DNA from: Vulcanimicrobiota bacterium
GTDB lineage: Bacteria > Vulcanimicrobiota > Vulcanimicrobiia > Vulcanimicrobiales > Vulcanimicrobiaceae
Assembly: GCA_963786105.1 (NCBI GenBank)
Contig: CAWAXX010000014.1
Location: 64,001 to 128,000 of the forward strand
Direction: 5' to 3'
DNA length: 64,000 nt
A model generated the notes under the pieces. That model made no database searches, was not told where the DNA came from, and was given only the letters and a program-made list of their open reading frames with translations. This document shows, piece by piece, positions 38,060 through 49,061 of this stretch. Each line of letters opens with the position of its first letter. Position 1 is the stretch's first letter. Both the position numbers and the translations under genes were made by a program.

Positions 38060-39048
38060 ACTACTTTCGACAACCCTCGCGGCGCGTCACTATCGACGTT
38101 TCGCGCGCGTCCGACGAAAAGCGCGAGCATTTGCGCCGCAACCAGCCACGCGAGCGCTGCGAACGTGCCACCAACCACCGGGCCAAGAAGCGGTATGCCG
38201 TCGAGGGGTTCGCCAATTACGTAGCACCGGCTGCCGGCTCGCACGGCCGCGCGCATCGGTCGCTCCACTACGCGGCGCGATGCCTCGTCCGCGATCCCGA
38301 TCGCCGCGTACGAAGCGTCGAGAATTGCCGCGCTTCCGTGACCGAATTCGCCGGCCGCGAATCCTTCGGCATGAAGGTAACTCGCCTCTTTGATCTTGAG
38401 CGCGCACTCGAGCGCCACCGGTACGCCGTCTCCGCTTCCGACGACGATCACGCTACGTTGCGGAGCGACCTGCTGCCCCGCTTCGCGAACGACCGCGAGA
38501 TCTGGGCCGTCGAGCCATTCACCCACGCGCCGCGCCGTCATGGTTAGCGTGAGCGCGCAGTCGCCGGGCGACGGACCGAGTACGTCTGCCGTCCATAGCA
38601 GCACGGCCGCCGTCGCGCTAACGCTCTTGCTGGCCGGTACGGCGAGTTCGGTTCCGGCACCGACGTCGACGACCACCGTGGCGCGCTTGCCTAGCGTCGA
38701 ATGAGGGCTGTTCGTGAGGGCGACGATCGTGGCGGGTCGGACGGCATCGAGCGCAGAGAGCACGTCCTCGGATTCGCCGCTCTGCGAACACACGATCGCG
38801 ACGGCGTTGCGGTATGCGGCGTAGTCGTGCGGCGCTTCGGTCGCTGCCAGCGCCTGCGCGCGCACTCTTTGGCGCCGCAGCGCGAGCGCACCGAGCTGCG
38901 CGACGAACAACGAGCTGCCGCTGCCGAGCAGGACGACGTCGCGATTGCGGATCGCTTGCGCAAGCTCCGCCGCTGCGTTTGATCGGGCGAGCCGGCACCA
39001 CGCGTCGGGCTGCTCGCGGATTTCGGTTTCGAACCGTGCACCCAGCAT
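38044..39048 (-). CDS. SIS-domain sugar-phosphate isomerase/deaminase (GlmS isomerase-like, no glutaminase domain)
   Basis: EIREQP, GSGSS, SQSGES, VPASKS, ALECALKIKE, EFGHG and DAPRGLSKV motifs. Confidence 0.9.
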   Translation of the reverse strand: MLGARFETEIREQPDAWCRLARSNAAAELAQAIRNRDVVLLGSGSSLFVAQLGALALRRQRVRAQALAATEAPHDYAAYRNAVAIVCSQSGESEDVLSALDAVRPATIVALTNSPHSTLGKRATVVVDVGAGTELAVPASKSVSATAAVLLWTADVLGPSPGDCALTLTMTARRVGEWLDGPDLAVVREAGQQVAPQRSVIVVGSGDGVPVALECALKIKEASYLHAEGFAAGEFGHGSAAILDASYAAIGIADEASRRVVERPMRAAVRAGSRCYVIGEPLDGIPLLGPVVGGTFAALAWLVAAQMLALFVGRARNVDSDAPRGLSKVVLNRT

Positions 39049-39055
39049 CGTACGA

Positions 39056-39073
39056 ACGTTACGTGCGGTTGAG
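39056..39073. repeat. Direct repeat, copy 2
   Basis: ACGTTACGTGCGGTTGAG, encoding the C-terminal LNRT* of 39059-39787. Confidence 0.8.
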
Positions 39074-39787
39074 CTCGAGCGATGCGAGCGCGATGCGCCA
39101 CGAGCGCATCGCAACGCGCACGTCGGCGACGCTTGCGTCGCCGGAGGGTTCGTCGAGAGCCAGGTGGCCTCGAAACGACGAAAAGCCATGCGTCACGTCA
39201 CCAATCGAGCGCTCGGATTCGTCGCCGACGTTACTCCACAGCAACACGCTGTTGGCGGCCAGTTGCGCGGGGTCGCTGGCGGCGTCGAAAACGCGCGGCT
39301 CCGGCCCGAAACGCAGCCACGCGGAATCGGCTTCCTTTGAAACGCGCTTGCAGTCGTGCGTCGTGGCGGCGAACGTACCCGGCGCGTTGCGAATCGCCAG
39401 GGTGACGTTGGCCGCTTTCGCCAACGACGTCGCGACGTTCAAACGCGCCAACTGTTCGCTCCAGGCACCGTCGATCTCGCGCGCCAGTTCGCCGGAAAGC
39501 ACCGGCGCGCCGAGCGCTGCCGCGAGTCCCAGCATTTGGGTCATCGCACGCTCGTCGGATCCAAAAAACGCCGCACCGGCAACCGCCGCGACGCTGAGTC
39601 CCCGGTCGACGGCCATCTTCTTGACCTGCGCGAGGTAGTCTTCGTCGGTGCGCGGAAAGTGCCGCACGTCTAACACGACGCCGTCGCAAGCGAGCTCGTG
39701 CGCGCAGAGATCGATAAACTCGAGTTGGGTGAGATCGCCGCGAACGAACGAAGAGTGGAGCGCGCCGCTCGCACAGGCTAGCTTCAT
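39059..39787 (-). CDS. Xylose isomerase-like TIM-barrel protein (degenerate)
   Basis: LEFIDLC...DGV, AAALGAP and VTLAIRN resemble sugar-phosphate isomerase/epimerase barrels. Metal ligands are not evident. Confidence 0.7.
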   Translation of the reverse strand: MKLACASGALHSSFVRGDLTQLEFIDLCAHELACDGVVLDVRHFPRTDEDYLAQVKKMAVDRGLSVAAVAGAAFFGSDERAMTQMLGLAAALGAPVLSGELAREIDGAWSEQLARLNVATSLAKAANVTLAIRNAPGTFAATTHDCKRVSKEADSAWLRFGPEPRVFDAASDPAQLAANSVLLWSNVGDESERSIGDVTHGFSSFRGHLALDEPSGDASVADVRVAMRSWRIALASLELNRT

Positions 39788-39849
39788 CGGCGTCCGTCGT
39801 TCGACCGCCCGGTGCGCGCTTCTTGCTCGACGAGGACCCCGACAAAAAT

Positions 39850-40371
39850 ATGAAAATAGCCGTTGGCGCCGATCACGCCGGTTTTGAATACAAGGATCGT
39901 ATCGCACGAGTCTTGCGCGACAAGGGCCACCAGGTGCTGGATTTCGGAACCGGAGACCCCACGCCGGTAGACTACCCGCAATACGGGTATGCGGTTGGTG
40001 AAGCCGTTGCCAGCGGGCAAGCCGAGCGCGGGATCCTCGTTTGCGGCTCGAGTCTGGGGATCGCCATGGCCGCCAATAAAGTTCCCGGCATTCGCTGCGC
40101 GCCGGTTTCCGAACCGTATTCGGCCGAACTCGCGCGCCGGCACAACGATTGCAACGTCATCGCGTTTTCGGAGCGCCTCACCGGGTGGGAAATGATCGAG
40201 CGGATGCTCGATGTCTACTTGGATACGCCGTTCGACGGCGGACGTCACGAGTACCGCATCGAACAGCTTTTCGAGTTCGGCGATAAACAACGCGAGCGGA
40301 CCCTCAAAGACGTCGAGCAGGGTGCCGTGACCGACGCGCAAACGCCGGCCGATCTCATTCCGAAACCCTAG
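39850..40371 (+). CDS. rpiB: Ribose-5-phosphate isomerase B
   Basis: [32 protein letters not shown] and FDGGRH motifs. Confidence 0.95.
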   Translation: MKIAVGADHAGFEYKDRIARVLRDKGHQVLDFGTGDPTPVDYPQYGYAVGEAVASGQAERGILVCGSSLGIAMAANKVPGIRCAPVSEPYSAELARRHNDCNVIAFSERLTGWEMIERMLDVYLDTPFDGGRHEYRIEQLFEFGDKQRERTLKDVEQGAVTDAQTPADLIPKP

Positions 40372-40385
40372 GGACGGGCACGCAC

Positions 40386-41633
40386 ATGGATATTCTCGCA
40401 CGCAGTCACGTCGAAGCCGAAGATCCCGAAGTCTTTGCGGCGATCGCCGGAGAGGAACGCCGGCAACGAGACAATCTCGAACTCATCGCTTCGGAGAATT
40501 ACGCCAGCCCGGCCGTGCGCGAAGCGATGGGCTGCGTGATGACCAACAAGTACGCCGAAGGCTACCCCGGAAAGCGGTACTACGGCGGATGCGAGTTCGT
40601 CGATCAAGCCGAACTTCTTGCGATCGATCGCGTAAAACTACTTTTTGGCGCCGAGCACGCCAACGTGCAGCCGCATTCCGGCGCACAGGCTAATATGGCC
40701 GTCTTCATGGCGCAGCTCCAGCCGGGCGATACCGTACTGGGCATGTCGTTGGCGCACGGCGGGCACCTCACTCACGGCACCAAGGTGAGCTTCTCCGGAA
40801 AACTCTACAACGCGGTCGCCTATGGGGTAAACCGCGAAACCGAGTTGATCGATTTCGACGAAGTGCGCGCGCAAGCGCGCGAACATCGGCCCAAGATGAT
40901 CGTCGCCGGCGCCAGCGCGTATCCGCGTACGATGGAATACGTACCCTTCCGGGAGATCGCCGACGAGGTCGGGGCGACGTTGCTGGTGGATATGGCGCAC
41001 GTGGCCGGCTTGGTGGCAGTCGGACTGCATCCGTCGCCGGTGGGCGTGGCCGATTTCTCGACGTCGACGACGCACAAGACGTTGCGGGGTCCGCGCGGAG
41101 GCATCATTTTATGCACGCAAACGTGGGCTCAGCGGATCGACAAGAGCGTCTTCCCCGGCATTCAAGGCGGCCCGCTCATGCACACGATCGCCGCCAAGGC
41201 AGTCGCTTTCGGCGAAGCGCTGCGCCCCGATTTTAAAACCTACCAGCAGCAAGTCATCGACAACGCACGCGCGATGGCCGACGAGTTCGCACGCGGCGGG
41301 TTGCGGTTGGTGGGCGGCGGTACCGACACCCACTTGCTGCTGGTCGACGTCTCGGTCAAAGGTCTCACCGGAAAGGCCGTCGAGGAATATCTCGACGAGG
41401 TCGGCATCACCGTCAATAAGAACGCGATACCGTTCGACATGCAAAAGCCGATGGTCGCCAGCGGCATCCGCATCGGGACGCCCGCCATTACCAGTCGAGG
41501 GTTCGGAGTCGACGAGTGTCGCGAAGTCGCCCGAATCATGGTCGATGCGCTCGCCGACATCGAAACGCGCGCGCGCGTTGCCGCGCTCTCCGGCCGGGTG
41601 CGCGAACTGACTTCCCGCTTCGACGTTCCATAA
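40386..41633 (+). CDS. glyA: Serine hydroxymethyltransferase
   Basis: [21 protein letters not shown] and [13 protein letters not shown] motifs. Confidence 0.98.
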   Translation: MDILARSHVEAEDPEVFAAIAGEERRQRDNLELIASENYASPAVREAMGCVMTNKYAEGYPGKRYYGGCEFVDQAELLAIDRVKLLFGAEHANVQPHSGAQANMAVFMAQLQPGDTVLGMSLAHGGHLTHGTKVSFSGKLYNAVAYGVNRETELIDFDEVRAQAREHRPKMIVAGASAYPRTMEYVPFREIADEVGATLLVDMAHVAGLVAVGLHPSPVGVADFSTSTTHKTLRGPRGGIILCTQTWAQRIDKSVFPGIQGGPLMHTIAAKAVAFGEALRPDFKTYQQQVIDNARAMADEFARGGLRLVGGGTDTHLLLVDVSVKGLTGKAVEEYLDEVGITVNKNAIPFDMQKPMVASGIRIGTPAITSRGFGVDECREVARIMVDALADIETRARVAALSGRVRELTSRFDVP

Positions 41634-41663
41634 TGAGGAAACTCGCGGGAGCTTCCACATAAC

Positions 41664-42101
41664 GTGCGCCCCGGCTGGGACGAATATTTCATGCAAATCG
41701 CGCTCACCGTCAGCACGCGGTCGACTTGCCCGCGTGCGTCGGTGGGTTGCGTGCTGGTGCGCGAACACAGGATTCTGACCACCGGCTATAACGGCGCGCC
41801 GCGCGGCGTCGCGCACTGCACCGAAGTCGGATGTACCCTGGTCGCCGATCACTGCGTGCGCGCGACGCATGCCGAAGCCAACGCCGTCGTGCAGGGCGCG
41901 CTGCACGGCGTCAGTCTTGAAGGTGCGACCGCATACTGCACGCATCAACCGTGCGTGAACTGCTCGAAGTTGCTCATCAGCGCCGGCGTGCGGAAGATCG
42001 TCTACGACGGGGTGTACCCAGACGCGGTCGCCGGAGCGCTACTAGCCGAAGCGGGTGTCGCCTCGGTGCAATACGCGGCGCTGGAGGGCACGCGCGGGTG
42101 A
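41664..42101 (+). CDS. dCMP deaminase (ComEB-like)
   Basis: RSTC, TGYNG, HAEANA and PCVNC motifs. Confidence 0.93.
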   Translation: MRPGWDEYFMQIALTVSTRSTCPRASVGCVLVREHRILTTGYNGAPRGVAHCTEVGCTLVADHCVRATHAEANAVVQGALHGVSLEGATAYCTHQPCVNCSKLLISAGVRKIVYDGVYPDAVAGALLAEAGVASVQYAALEGTRG

Positions 42102-43186
42102 ATACGATCGGCTGGACCGCCGCGGCAATCTACTTCGCAACCTTTGCCATCGCGGCGCTGGTAACGTCGTTCGCGACGCCGCTGATCGTGCTGCTGGCGA
42201 CCCATCTCGGCGTGATCGATCACGGCCGCGAAGAGCGCCGAGTGCACGATGTGCCGACTCCGCGAATCGGCGGAGTCGCCGTGTTCTTCGGATTTGCCTG
42301 CGCACTGTTCGCGGTGCTCGGTTTCGCGCTCGCGTCCCCTTTCGCGCTGCTACCGTCGGGAACGCACGACACGCACGCCAAACAGCTCGAGCTGCTTACC
42401 GACCAATTCGCGACCGTCCACCAGCTCGTCGGATTGCTATTCGGCAGCCTGCTGGTCCTCGGCATCGGCGTCTGGGACGACATCATGGGAATGCGGCCGC
42501 GCAACAAGTTCGTCGCCCAGGTCCTGGTCGCACTAATCTCGCTCTTTTACGGCTTCATCATCACCGGGGTTACCAATCCTTTCGACCACAATCCCAACAC
42601 CAACTGGATCGAATTTCCGCTCTGGTTGGGAGTGCCGATTACGCTGTTGTGGTACGTCGGAATGATGAACGCCATCAACTTCATCGATGGGCTCGATGGG
42701 CTGCTGGCGGGCGTTACGGTGATCTCCAGCATCTTTATCTTCGCGATTTCGGTCCTGCACGCCAATCCCGTTGTCGCGCTGGTCGTCATCGCGCTGGCGG
42801 GCTCGGCGCTCGGCTTCCTTCCATATAACTTCAATCCGGCGCGCATCTTCCTAGGCGACGCCGGATCGCTCTTCATCGGGTACGTCTTCGCCACGGTCTC
42901 GATTATCGGTGCGAGCAAACAGGCAATCGCCATTAGCGTGGTCGTACCGCTGTTCGTGTTGGCGCTGCCGGTGCTCGATACGGCGGCCGCGATCGTGCGG
43001 CGCGCGCTGGCGGGCAAGCGGATCACCGAGGCCGACCGCGGCCATTTTCACCACCAGCTCATCTTCCGTTTCGGGCTGAACGTCCGTCAGGCGGTTTTGT
43101 TAATCTACGCGGTGTGCTTCGTGCTGGGCGCGGTCGCACTGGCGTTGTCGGGAGAATTCACCCACGTGTTTCGCCATAGCAGTTAG
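42098..43186 (+). CDS. MraY/WecA/TagO-family polyprenyl-phosphate GlcNAc-1-P transferase
   Basis: PTPRIGG, GVWDD, NAINFIDGLDGL, NFNPARIFLGDAGS and DRGHFHH motifs. Confidence 0.93.
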   Translation: MNTIGWTAAAIYFATFAIAALVTSFATPLIVLLATHLGVIDHGREERRVHDVPTPRIGGVAVFFGFACALFAVLGFALASPFALLPSGTHDTHAKQLELLTDQFATVHQLVGLLFGSLLVLGIGVWDDIMGMRPRNKFVAQVLVALISLFYGFIITGVTNPFDHNPNTNWIEFPLWLGVPITLLWYVGMMNAINFIDGLDGLLAGVTVISSIFIFAISVLHANPVVALVVIALAGSALGFLPYNFNPARIFLGDAGSLFIGYVFATVSIIGASKQAIAISVVVPLFVLALPVLDTAAAIVRRALAGKRITEADRGHFHHQLIFRFGLNVRQAVLLIYAVCFVLGAVALALSGEFTHVFRHSS

Positions 43187-43195
43187 AACGATAGA

Positions 43196-44377
43196 ATGAC
43201 CGATAAACTCAAAGTGATGACGGTATTCGGAACGCGTCCCGACACCATCAAGATGGCGCCGGTCGTACACGCACTCGCCGCACACCCGGACATCGACGAC
43301 CTCGTTTGCGTGACCGCACAGCACCGCAAGATGCTCGACGATCTTTTGGCGTTGTTTGCGATAGAGCCCGACTACGATCTCGACATCATGACCGACGACC
43401 AAACTTTGACCGAAATCACGACGCGCGTGCTGATCGGGATGGAGCGAGTGCTCGTTCGAGCGCGCCCCGACGTCGTGCTCGTCCACGGCGACACGACGAC
43501 CAGCACCTCGGCGGCTCTGGCGGCCTTTTACCAACAGATCCCGGTCGGCCACGTGGAAGCGGGCCTGCGGACCAACGATCCGTGGCTGCCCTACCCCGAA
43601 GAAATGAATCGCCGGCTCACCGGAACGATTGCGTCCTATCATTTTTCTCCAACGTCATTGGCGCGCGAGCACCTCCTGCTCGAAAACGTCGACCCCGGTG
43701 ACATCATCGTTACCGGAAACACCGTGATCGACGCTTTCCTGGAGACCGCGCGCCGGCCGGATTTGCCGTTGCCGCCGCGCTGGGAGGAGCTCGAACCGAA
43801 CCGTCCCATCGTCGTCGTTACCGCGCATCGCCGCGAGAACCACGGGTACATGCGCGAAATGATCGAGGCCATGCGAGACATCACGCAGATGCCGATGCGT
43901 CCGCAATTGTACTGGCCGGTTCATCCCTCGCCGCGAGTCGCTCCGGTTGCGCACGCCGTCCTCGACGGCGTTCCGGGCGTCGTCCTGGTCGACCCGATCG
44001 ACTACGCGCAGATGGTCTGCGCGGTGCGGGAGTCGGCCTTCGTGCTGACCGATTCGGGCGGGTTGCAAGAAGAGGCGCCGTGCCTGGGCAAGCCGGTCTT
44101 GGTGATGCGCGAGGAGACCGAACGTCCCGAGGGGCTCGATGCCGGAACGCTGGAGCTAGTCGGGCACGGCCGCGAACGAATCGTGCGGGCAGCGCGCCGC
44201 TTGCTGACCGACTCGGCGCGCTACGCCCAGATGTCGCGAGCGGCCAACCCGTACGGCGACGGCCACTCGGCCGGGCGAATCGTAGCCTGGCTGCTCGCGC
44301 GCCTCCGCGGCGGAACGTACCCGGCTCCCTTCGACGTCGCCGCGGCGGCTGTACGGGCGGCCGCCGGCCAGCCGTGA
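43196..44377 (+). CDS. wecB: UDP-GlcNAc 2-epimerase (non-hydrolysing)
   Basis: FGTRP, VHGDT, HVEAGLR, PEEMNR, TAHRREN and DSGGLQEEA motifs. Confidence 0.96.
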   Translation: MTDKLKVMTVFGTRPDTIKMAPVVHALAAHPDIDDLVCVTAQHRKMLDDLLALFAIEPDYDLDIMTDDQTLTEITTRVLIGMERVLVRARPDVVLVHGDTTTSTSAALAAFYQQIPVGHVEAGLRTNDPWLPYPEEMNRRLTGTIASYHFSPTSLAREHLLLENVDPGDIIVTGNTVIDAFLETARRPDLPLPPRWEELEPNRPIVVVTAHRRENHGYMREMIEAMRDITQMPMRPQLYWPVHPSPRVAPVAHAVLDGVPGVVLVDPIDYAQMVCAVRESAFVLTDSGGLQEEAPCLGKPVLVMREETERPEGLDAGTLELVGHGRERIVRAARRLLTDSARYAQMSRAANPYGDGHSAGRIVAWLLARLRGGTYPAPFDVAAAAVRAAAGQP

Positions 44378-44559
44378 ATGCCGTCGTCCCGGTATTGGCC
44401 GCCGGCGGAACCTTTGCGGCGGCTACCCTGATAGGGCTGCTCGCCGGAGTCTGGATTGGTCGCGCAACGGGGCAGCCGCTCTGGGCGGTCGGGGGATTGG
44501 TCGGGGGGCTCTTGCTGGGCGGCTACTCCGCCTTTCGCCTCCTGTTGCGCTCGCTCTAG
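44374..44559 (+). CDS. AtpZ/AtpI (ATPase gene 1)-like small membrane protein
   Basis: Two Gly-rich TMs (G...G.WIG), first gene of the atp operon, GTGA overlap. Confidence 0.75.
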   Translation: MNAVVPVLAAGGTFAAATLIGLLAGVWIGRATGQPLWAVGGLVGGLLLGGYSAFRLLLRSL

Positions 44560-44565
44560 CGTCCC

Positions 44566-44988
44566 GTGGACGAGCAGGATAACCTCCCTACCCGGCGTAG
44601 CTACAGCGACGCTGAAGCGGCGGCCGATCTCGCGACGTACCAAGCGCTCAAACGATCGGTGTCGATTCGCAGCCTGCTCGTCGTTGCTCTTCTCGGTCTG
44701 ATCCTCGTCCGCTGGCTGCCCCATCCGGTCTTCGCGCTTTGGGCCGGTGGGCTGTGCGGAGTTCTCAACACCCTTTGGACGATGCGCAGCGGCGAGCGAT
44801 TAGTGGATAATCGCGGCGTCGGCGGCTTCGTCTTAAGTAGTTTCGTACGAATCGGCCTCTTCGGTATAGTCCCGGTGGCGTTCGCCGTGCTCGGCCCCTG
44901 GTGGTCCATGGCCTGGTACTTCGCCGGATTCTTTCTTCCGCTGGCGATGTTTGCGTACGGCGCTCAGCGCGCATTTGCAGCAAAATGA
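44566..44988 (+). CDS. atpI: ATP synthase protein I
   Basis: Four-TM protein directly before atpB. Confidence 0.7.
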   Translation: MDEQDNLPTRRSYSDAEAAADLATYQALKRSVSIRSLLVVALLGLILVRWLPHPVFALWAGGLCGVLNTLWTMRSGERLVDNRGVGGFVLSSFVRIGLFGIVPVAFAVLGPWWSMAWYFAGFFLPLAMFAYGAQRAFAAK

Positions 44989-45024
44989 GTAGGTAGTAAC
45001 CGGCGGTCCGGTTGTTGGAGTAAC

Positions 45025-45756
45025 TTGCAAGAAAAACTCGGAGAACACATCCTCTGGCACGTTCCCGTGCTCGGGGCGGTGCATGGGGATACGATCGCGA
45101 CGACCTGGCTCGTCATGATCGTAGCGCTCGCTATCTTCGCGTGGGTCGGCGCCAGCTATCGTTCGGCGTACCAGTCGAGGCGCCAAGTCGTCGTCGAAGG
45201 CGTCGTCAACTACATCGCCGATCTCGCCACCGGCACGTTGGGCAAGCGTGGCGAGCCGTTCGTCCCGTTTTTCATCGCGCTCTTCGTGTTCATCTTCTTG
45301 CTCAACCAGTTCGGCGTGCTGCCGTTCAAAGCGTTCGGGCTTCCGTTCGGCGGGTCGCCCACGGCCGATCTCAACACGACGGTCCCGCTCGCGCTCATCG
45401 TATTTTTTCTCACGTGGATCGTCGGTTTTCGGCAGAACGGCATCAAGCAGATCGGGCATTTGTTCAAGCCGTTCTGGCCGCTCGCACCGATCAACATTCT
45501 CGAAGAGCTCGCGCGGCCGGCAACGCTGGCGGCGCGTCTGTTCTTCAATATCTTCGTCGGCGAGCTGCTCTTCATCATCATCGCGTCAATCATCCTCGCC
45601 CACGTGACGCTGGGACCGGTCAACCTGTCGTTTGCGGTCGCCGTCATGCCGTTCTTCATTCAGTTTTTCAACTTTTTCGTCGGTACGGTGCAGGCGTTCG
45701 TTTTCACGCTGCTCGGGATCGTCTATCTTTCGCTCTCGATGGGCGAAGAACATTAG
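45025..45756 (+). CDS. atpB: ATP synthase subunit a
   Basis: PTADLN, LAARLFFNI and VQAFVFTLL motifs. Confidence 0.95.
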   Translation: MQEKLGEHILWHVPVLGAVHGDTIATTWLVMIVALAIFAWVGASYRSAYQSRRQVVVEGVVNYIADLATGTLGKRGEPFVPFFIALFVFIFLLNQFGVLPFKAFGLPFGGSPTADLNTTVPLALIVFFLTWIVGFRQNGIKQIGHLFKPFWPLAPINILEELARPATLAARLFFNIFVGELLFIIIASIILAHVTLGPVNLSFAVAVMPFFIQFFNFFVGTVQAFVFTLLGIVYLSLSMGEEH

Positions 45757-45788
45757 GAATCTTGTGACTCCATGGAAAGGATAAGCTC

Positions 45789-46073
45789 TTGACATCTCAA
45801 GCGTTAGTTGCAGCCTTCACGCTGCTGGCATTCGGCCTCATCGTCACCGGCGTCGCGTTCGGGTCGGCGATCGGCGACGGCATCGTCGCGAGTAAGGCGG
45901 TCGAGGCGATCGCTCGTCAGCCGGAAGCGCGTCCGAATATCTTCGTGTTCCTCTTCCTCGGCGTCGGCGTTCTGGAAGCGTTTCCCATCATCGGCTTGGG
46001 TCTGGCGTTTTACATGCTGCTGGTCGTGGTCGGCGTTCCGAGCGGCTTGTACGCCAGCCTAGCGGGCCATTAG
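45789..46073 (+). CDS. atpE: ATP synthase subunit c
   Basis: AIARQPE loop and VLEA (proton-binding Glu). Confidence 0.96.
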   Translation: MTSQALVAAFTLLAFGLIVTGVAFGSAIGDGIVASKAVEAIARQPEARPNIFVFLFLGVGVLEAFPIIGLGLAFYMLLVVVGVPSGLYASLAGH

Positions 46074-46088
46074 CGTAGCGACCGGACG

Positions 46089-46520
46089 ATGTTTCTTTCA
46101 CTCGACGGGACGTTTTGGGTCCAGCTCGTCAACTTCGCGATTTTCTTCGCGCTGTTAAACGCGCTGTTCTTGCGTCCGGTCGGGCGAGCGATTCGCAAGC
46201 GGCGCGAGTACATCGACGGCGTCGTTTCCGACTATGCCAAGTACCAGGGCGACGCGAAGGCGCTGCGCGAGCAGGCCGAACGCATTCGAGCCGAAGCGCG
46301 CCGCGAAGCCGAGCAGAAAATCGCCAAGGTCAGGGCCGACGCTTCGAACGAGACGGCCGAGATGGCATCCCGTTTTTCGGCCCAAGTGCAATCGATCGTG
46401 GCGGAGGCGCAACGCAACGCCAACGCCGAACTCGACCGCGCTCGCGCCAACGAGGACCGTCTGGTGAAGCAGCTCGCCGACGCGATGGTCGAACGGACGC
46501 TCGGGGTGGCCGCCAAGTGA
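46089..46520 (+). CDS. atpF: ATP synthase subunit b' (b-type)
   Basis: TFWVQLVNF TM followed by a coiled coil. Confidence 0.9.
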   Translation: MFLSLDGTFWVQLVNFAIFFALLNALFLRPVGRAIRKRREYIDGVVSDYAKYQGDAKALREQAERIRAEARREAEQKIAKVRADASNETAEMASRFSAQVQSIVAEAQRNANAELDRARANEDRLVKQLADAMVERTLGVAAK

Positions 46521-47017
46521 GTCAGAACTCGATTTACGTTCAGATCGCAATCTGGAGCCAAGTCGTCTCGTCGGTTCTCTTTCTGTGCGTGCTGGTATGG
46601 CTGTGGTTTAAGTTCCTTCAGCCGGCGATCTTGGCCGCGCAGGAGCGCTACAACAAGCAGGTTGCCGAAGCCGAACGCCATCGCGACGAAGCGAAAGCGA
46701 CGCTCGACCTGCTGCAAAACGAAATCGAGGGTGCCGCGGCCGACGCCGAGCTCATCAAAGCGCGCGCCGACGCTCAGGCGGCTCGCGAACATAACGCGAT
46801 CGTCGCCGAAACGCGCGAGGCGGGCGAACGCGCGCTGCGCGACGCACAGGCGGAGTTCGCGCGTACGCTGGCGACCGGGCGCGAACGGCTGCGCGAGGAG
46901 CTGCTCGATAAGGCTCTCGGTGCCGCGCGGGCCGAGGCGCTGCGCCTCGTCGACGCGACCGTCAACGCGCGCCTGGTCGACCGGTTCGTCGGATCGTTGG
47001 AGCGTAACGATGGTTAA
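46517..47017 (+). CDS. atpF: ATP synthase subunit b (second b-type)
   Basis: N-terminal TM followed by a coiled coil. GTG at 46517. Confidence 0.88.
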   Translation: MSQNSIYVQIAIWSQVVSSVLFLCVLVWLWFKFLQPAILAAQERYNKQVAEAERHRDEAKATLDLLQNEIEGAAADAELIKARADAQAAREHNAIVAETREAGERALRDAQAEFARTLATGRERLREELLDKALGAARAEALRLVDATVNARLVDRFVGSLERNDG

Positions 47018-47549
47018 TGAAAAGCTGGCGCGCCGCTACGCGACCGCGGTCTTTGCGCTGGCCGGCGAACGAGATGCTGCCGATCGGGTCGGCGACGATT
47101 TGGCCGCGATGGCTTCCGCCCTGGGTTCCGGTATCGCGCAAGACTTTTTCGTCGCGCCGGTCGTCGATCGGAGCGAGAAAGAACGCGTGCTTTTCGAAAC
47201 CTTCGAGCCGCGCGTACACGAGGTCGCGCTCCACACGCTGTTGCTGCTGGTCCGCAAGCGCCGCGAACCCCTCTTGGGCGCGCTCGTGACCGAATATCGC
47301 AAACTGCAACTGGCGGCACGCGGCCAGGAAACGCTGCTCGTGACGTCGGCGCGCGAGCTTTCGCACGACGAGCTCGAAGCCTTGGTATCCCGTCTGGAGT
47401 GCTTATACGCAAGGAAGTTCGACGTCACCCAGGTCGTCGATCGCGATACGATCGGCGGCGTACGGATTCTCATGGGCGACCGCCGGATCGACGGCACGGT
47501 TGCCGGCCGCTTGGAAGCTCTTTCACGAACCCTTTTCGCAACGCCCTAG
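47010..47549 (+). CDS. atpH: ATP synthase subunit delta
   Basis: LARRYATA, VTSA and IGG...GDRRIDGTV motifs. Confidence 0.93.
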   Translation: MVNEKLARRYATAVFALAGERDAADRVGDDLAAMASALGSGIAQDFFVAPVVDRSEKERVLFETFEPRVHEVALHTLLLLVRKRREPLLGALVTEYRKLQLAARGQETLLVTSARELSHDELEALVSRLECLYARKFDVTQVVDRDTIGGVRILMGDRRIDGTVAGRLEALSRTLFATP

Positions 47550-47560
47550 GATATGAATGA

Positions 47561-49060
47561 ATGATCAACGCTGACGAAATCGCCGGTATTCTCAAGCAAC
47601 AAATTCAAAACTTTAAAACCGACCTACAAGAGGACGAAATCGGTACCGTCATCGAGGTGGGCGCAAACCTGGCGCGCGTGTACGGTCTACGCGGCGTGCG
47701 CTCGTCGGAGCTGGTCGAGTTTCCGAACGGCTTGCAAGGCGTCGCGCTGAATCTCGAAGAGGACAACGTCGGCGTCGTGATCATGGGTCCCGACAAAGAC
47801 ATCAAGGAAGGCGATAAGGTCCGCCGCACCGGCCGCATCTCGTCCGTGCCGGTCGGTGAAGCGCTGCTCGGACGCGTCGTCAATCCGCTCGGCGAGCCGA
47901 TCGACGGCAAAGGCCCAATCGAAACGAATCGCTATCGCACGATCGAAAACGTTGCGCCTGGCGTCGTCCAGCGCCAGTCGGTCAAGCAGCCGCTGCAAAC
48001 CGGCATCCGCGCCATCGACGCACTCATTCCGATCGGCAAGGGCCAGCGCGAGCTGATCATCGGCGACCGCTCGACCGGCAAAACGGCGATCGCGATCGAT
48101 ACGATCATCAATCAAAAGGGACGAAACGTCTTCTGCATCTACGTCGCGATCGGGCAGAAGAACTCGACCGTTTCGGCGATCGCGCAGATTCTCGAGCAGA
48201 AAGGCGCGATGTACTACACGACCATCGTCGCGGTCAGCCCGGCCGAAGCGGCGGCGTTACGCTGGCTGGCACCGTTCGCCGGCTGCGCGATGGGCGAAGA
48301 GCTGATGTATGCGGGCAAAGACGTGCTGATCATTTACGACGATCTCACCAAGCACGCGCAATCGTATCGCGAAATGTCGCTGCTCCTGCGCCGCCCGCCG
48401 GGCCGCGAAGCGTATCCGGGCGACGTGTTCTATCTGCATTCGCGCCTGCTCGAACGCGCCTGCAAGCTTTCCGACGATCTGGGCGGCGGATCGATGACGG
48501 CGCTGCCGGTCATCGAAACGCAAGCCGGCGACTTCGCCGCGTACATTCCGACCAACGTGATCTCGATCACCGACGGTCAAATCTACCTCACGCCGCAACT
48601 GTTCTTCCAGGGCATCCGCCCGGCCGTCGACGTCGGTCTCTCGGTGTCGCGCGTCGGCGGCGCGGCGCAGACCAAGGCGATGAAGTCCGTAGCCGGACAG
48701 TTGAAGCTGGAGTTGGCGCAGTACCGCGATTTGGCGGCGTTCGCCAAACTCTCGAGCGATCTCGACAAGGCAACTCAGAACCAGCTGATGCGCGGCGAGA
48801 AAATGACCGAGCTCCTGAAGCAGCCGCAATACCAGCCGCAGGCGATGGAGGATCAAGTCGCCGTCATCTACGCGGCGACGAAAGGCTACGTCAACGATAT
48901 CGCGACGTCGCGCCTGCAGAACTGGGCGCGCGGGTTCGTGGCGTTCCTGCACGAAAAGCATCCGGAAATTCCCAAGGCGATCGCCGATAGCAACCAACTT
49001 TCGGACGACGTCAAGAAGCAGCTCGACGATGCGATCGTCGAGTTCAACAAGAGCTTCTAA
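47561..49060 (+). CDS. atpA: ATP synthase subunit alpha
   Basis: [15 protein letters not shown] and [23 protein letters not shown] motifs. Confidence 0.98.
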   Translation: MINADEIAGILKQQIQNFKTDLQEDEIGTVIEVGANLARVYGLRGVRSSELVEFPNGLQGVALNLEEDNVGVVIMGPDKDIKEGDKVRRTGRISSVPVGEALLGRVVNPLGEPIDGKGPIETNRYRTIENVAPGVVQRQSVKQPLQTGIRAIDALIPIGKGQRELIIGDRSTGKTAIAIDTIINQKGRNVFCIYVAIGQKNSTVSAIAQILEQKGAMYYTTIVAVSPAEAAALRWLAPFAGCAMGEELMYAGKDVLIIYDDLTKHAQSYREMSLLLRRPPGREAYPGDVFYLHSRLLERACKLSDDLGGGSMTALPVIETQAGDFAAYIPTNVISITDGQIYLTPQLFFQGIRPAVDVGLSVSRVGGAAQTKAMKSVAGQLKLELAQYRDLAAFAKLSSDLDKATQNQLMRGEKMTELLKQPQYQPQAMEDQVAVIYAATKGYVNDIATSRLQNWARGFVAFLHEKHPEIPKAIADSNQLSDDVKKQLDDAIVEFNKSF

Positions 49061-49061
49061 C

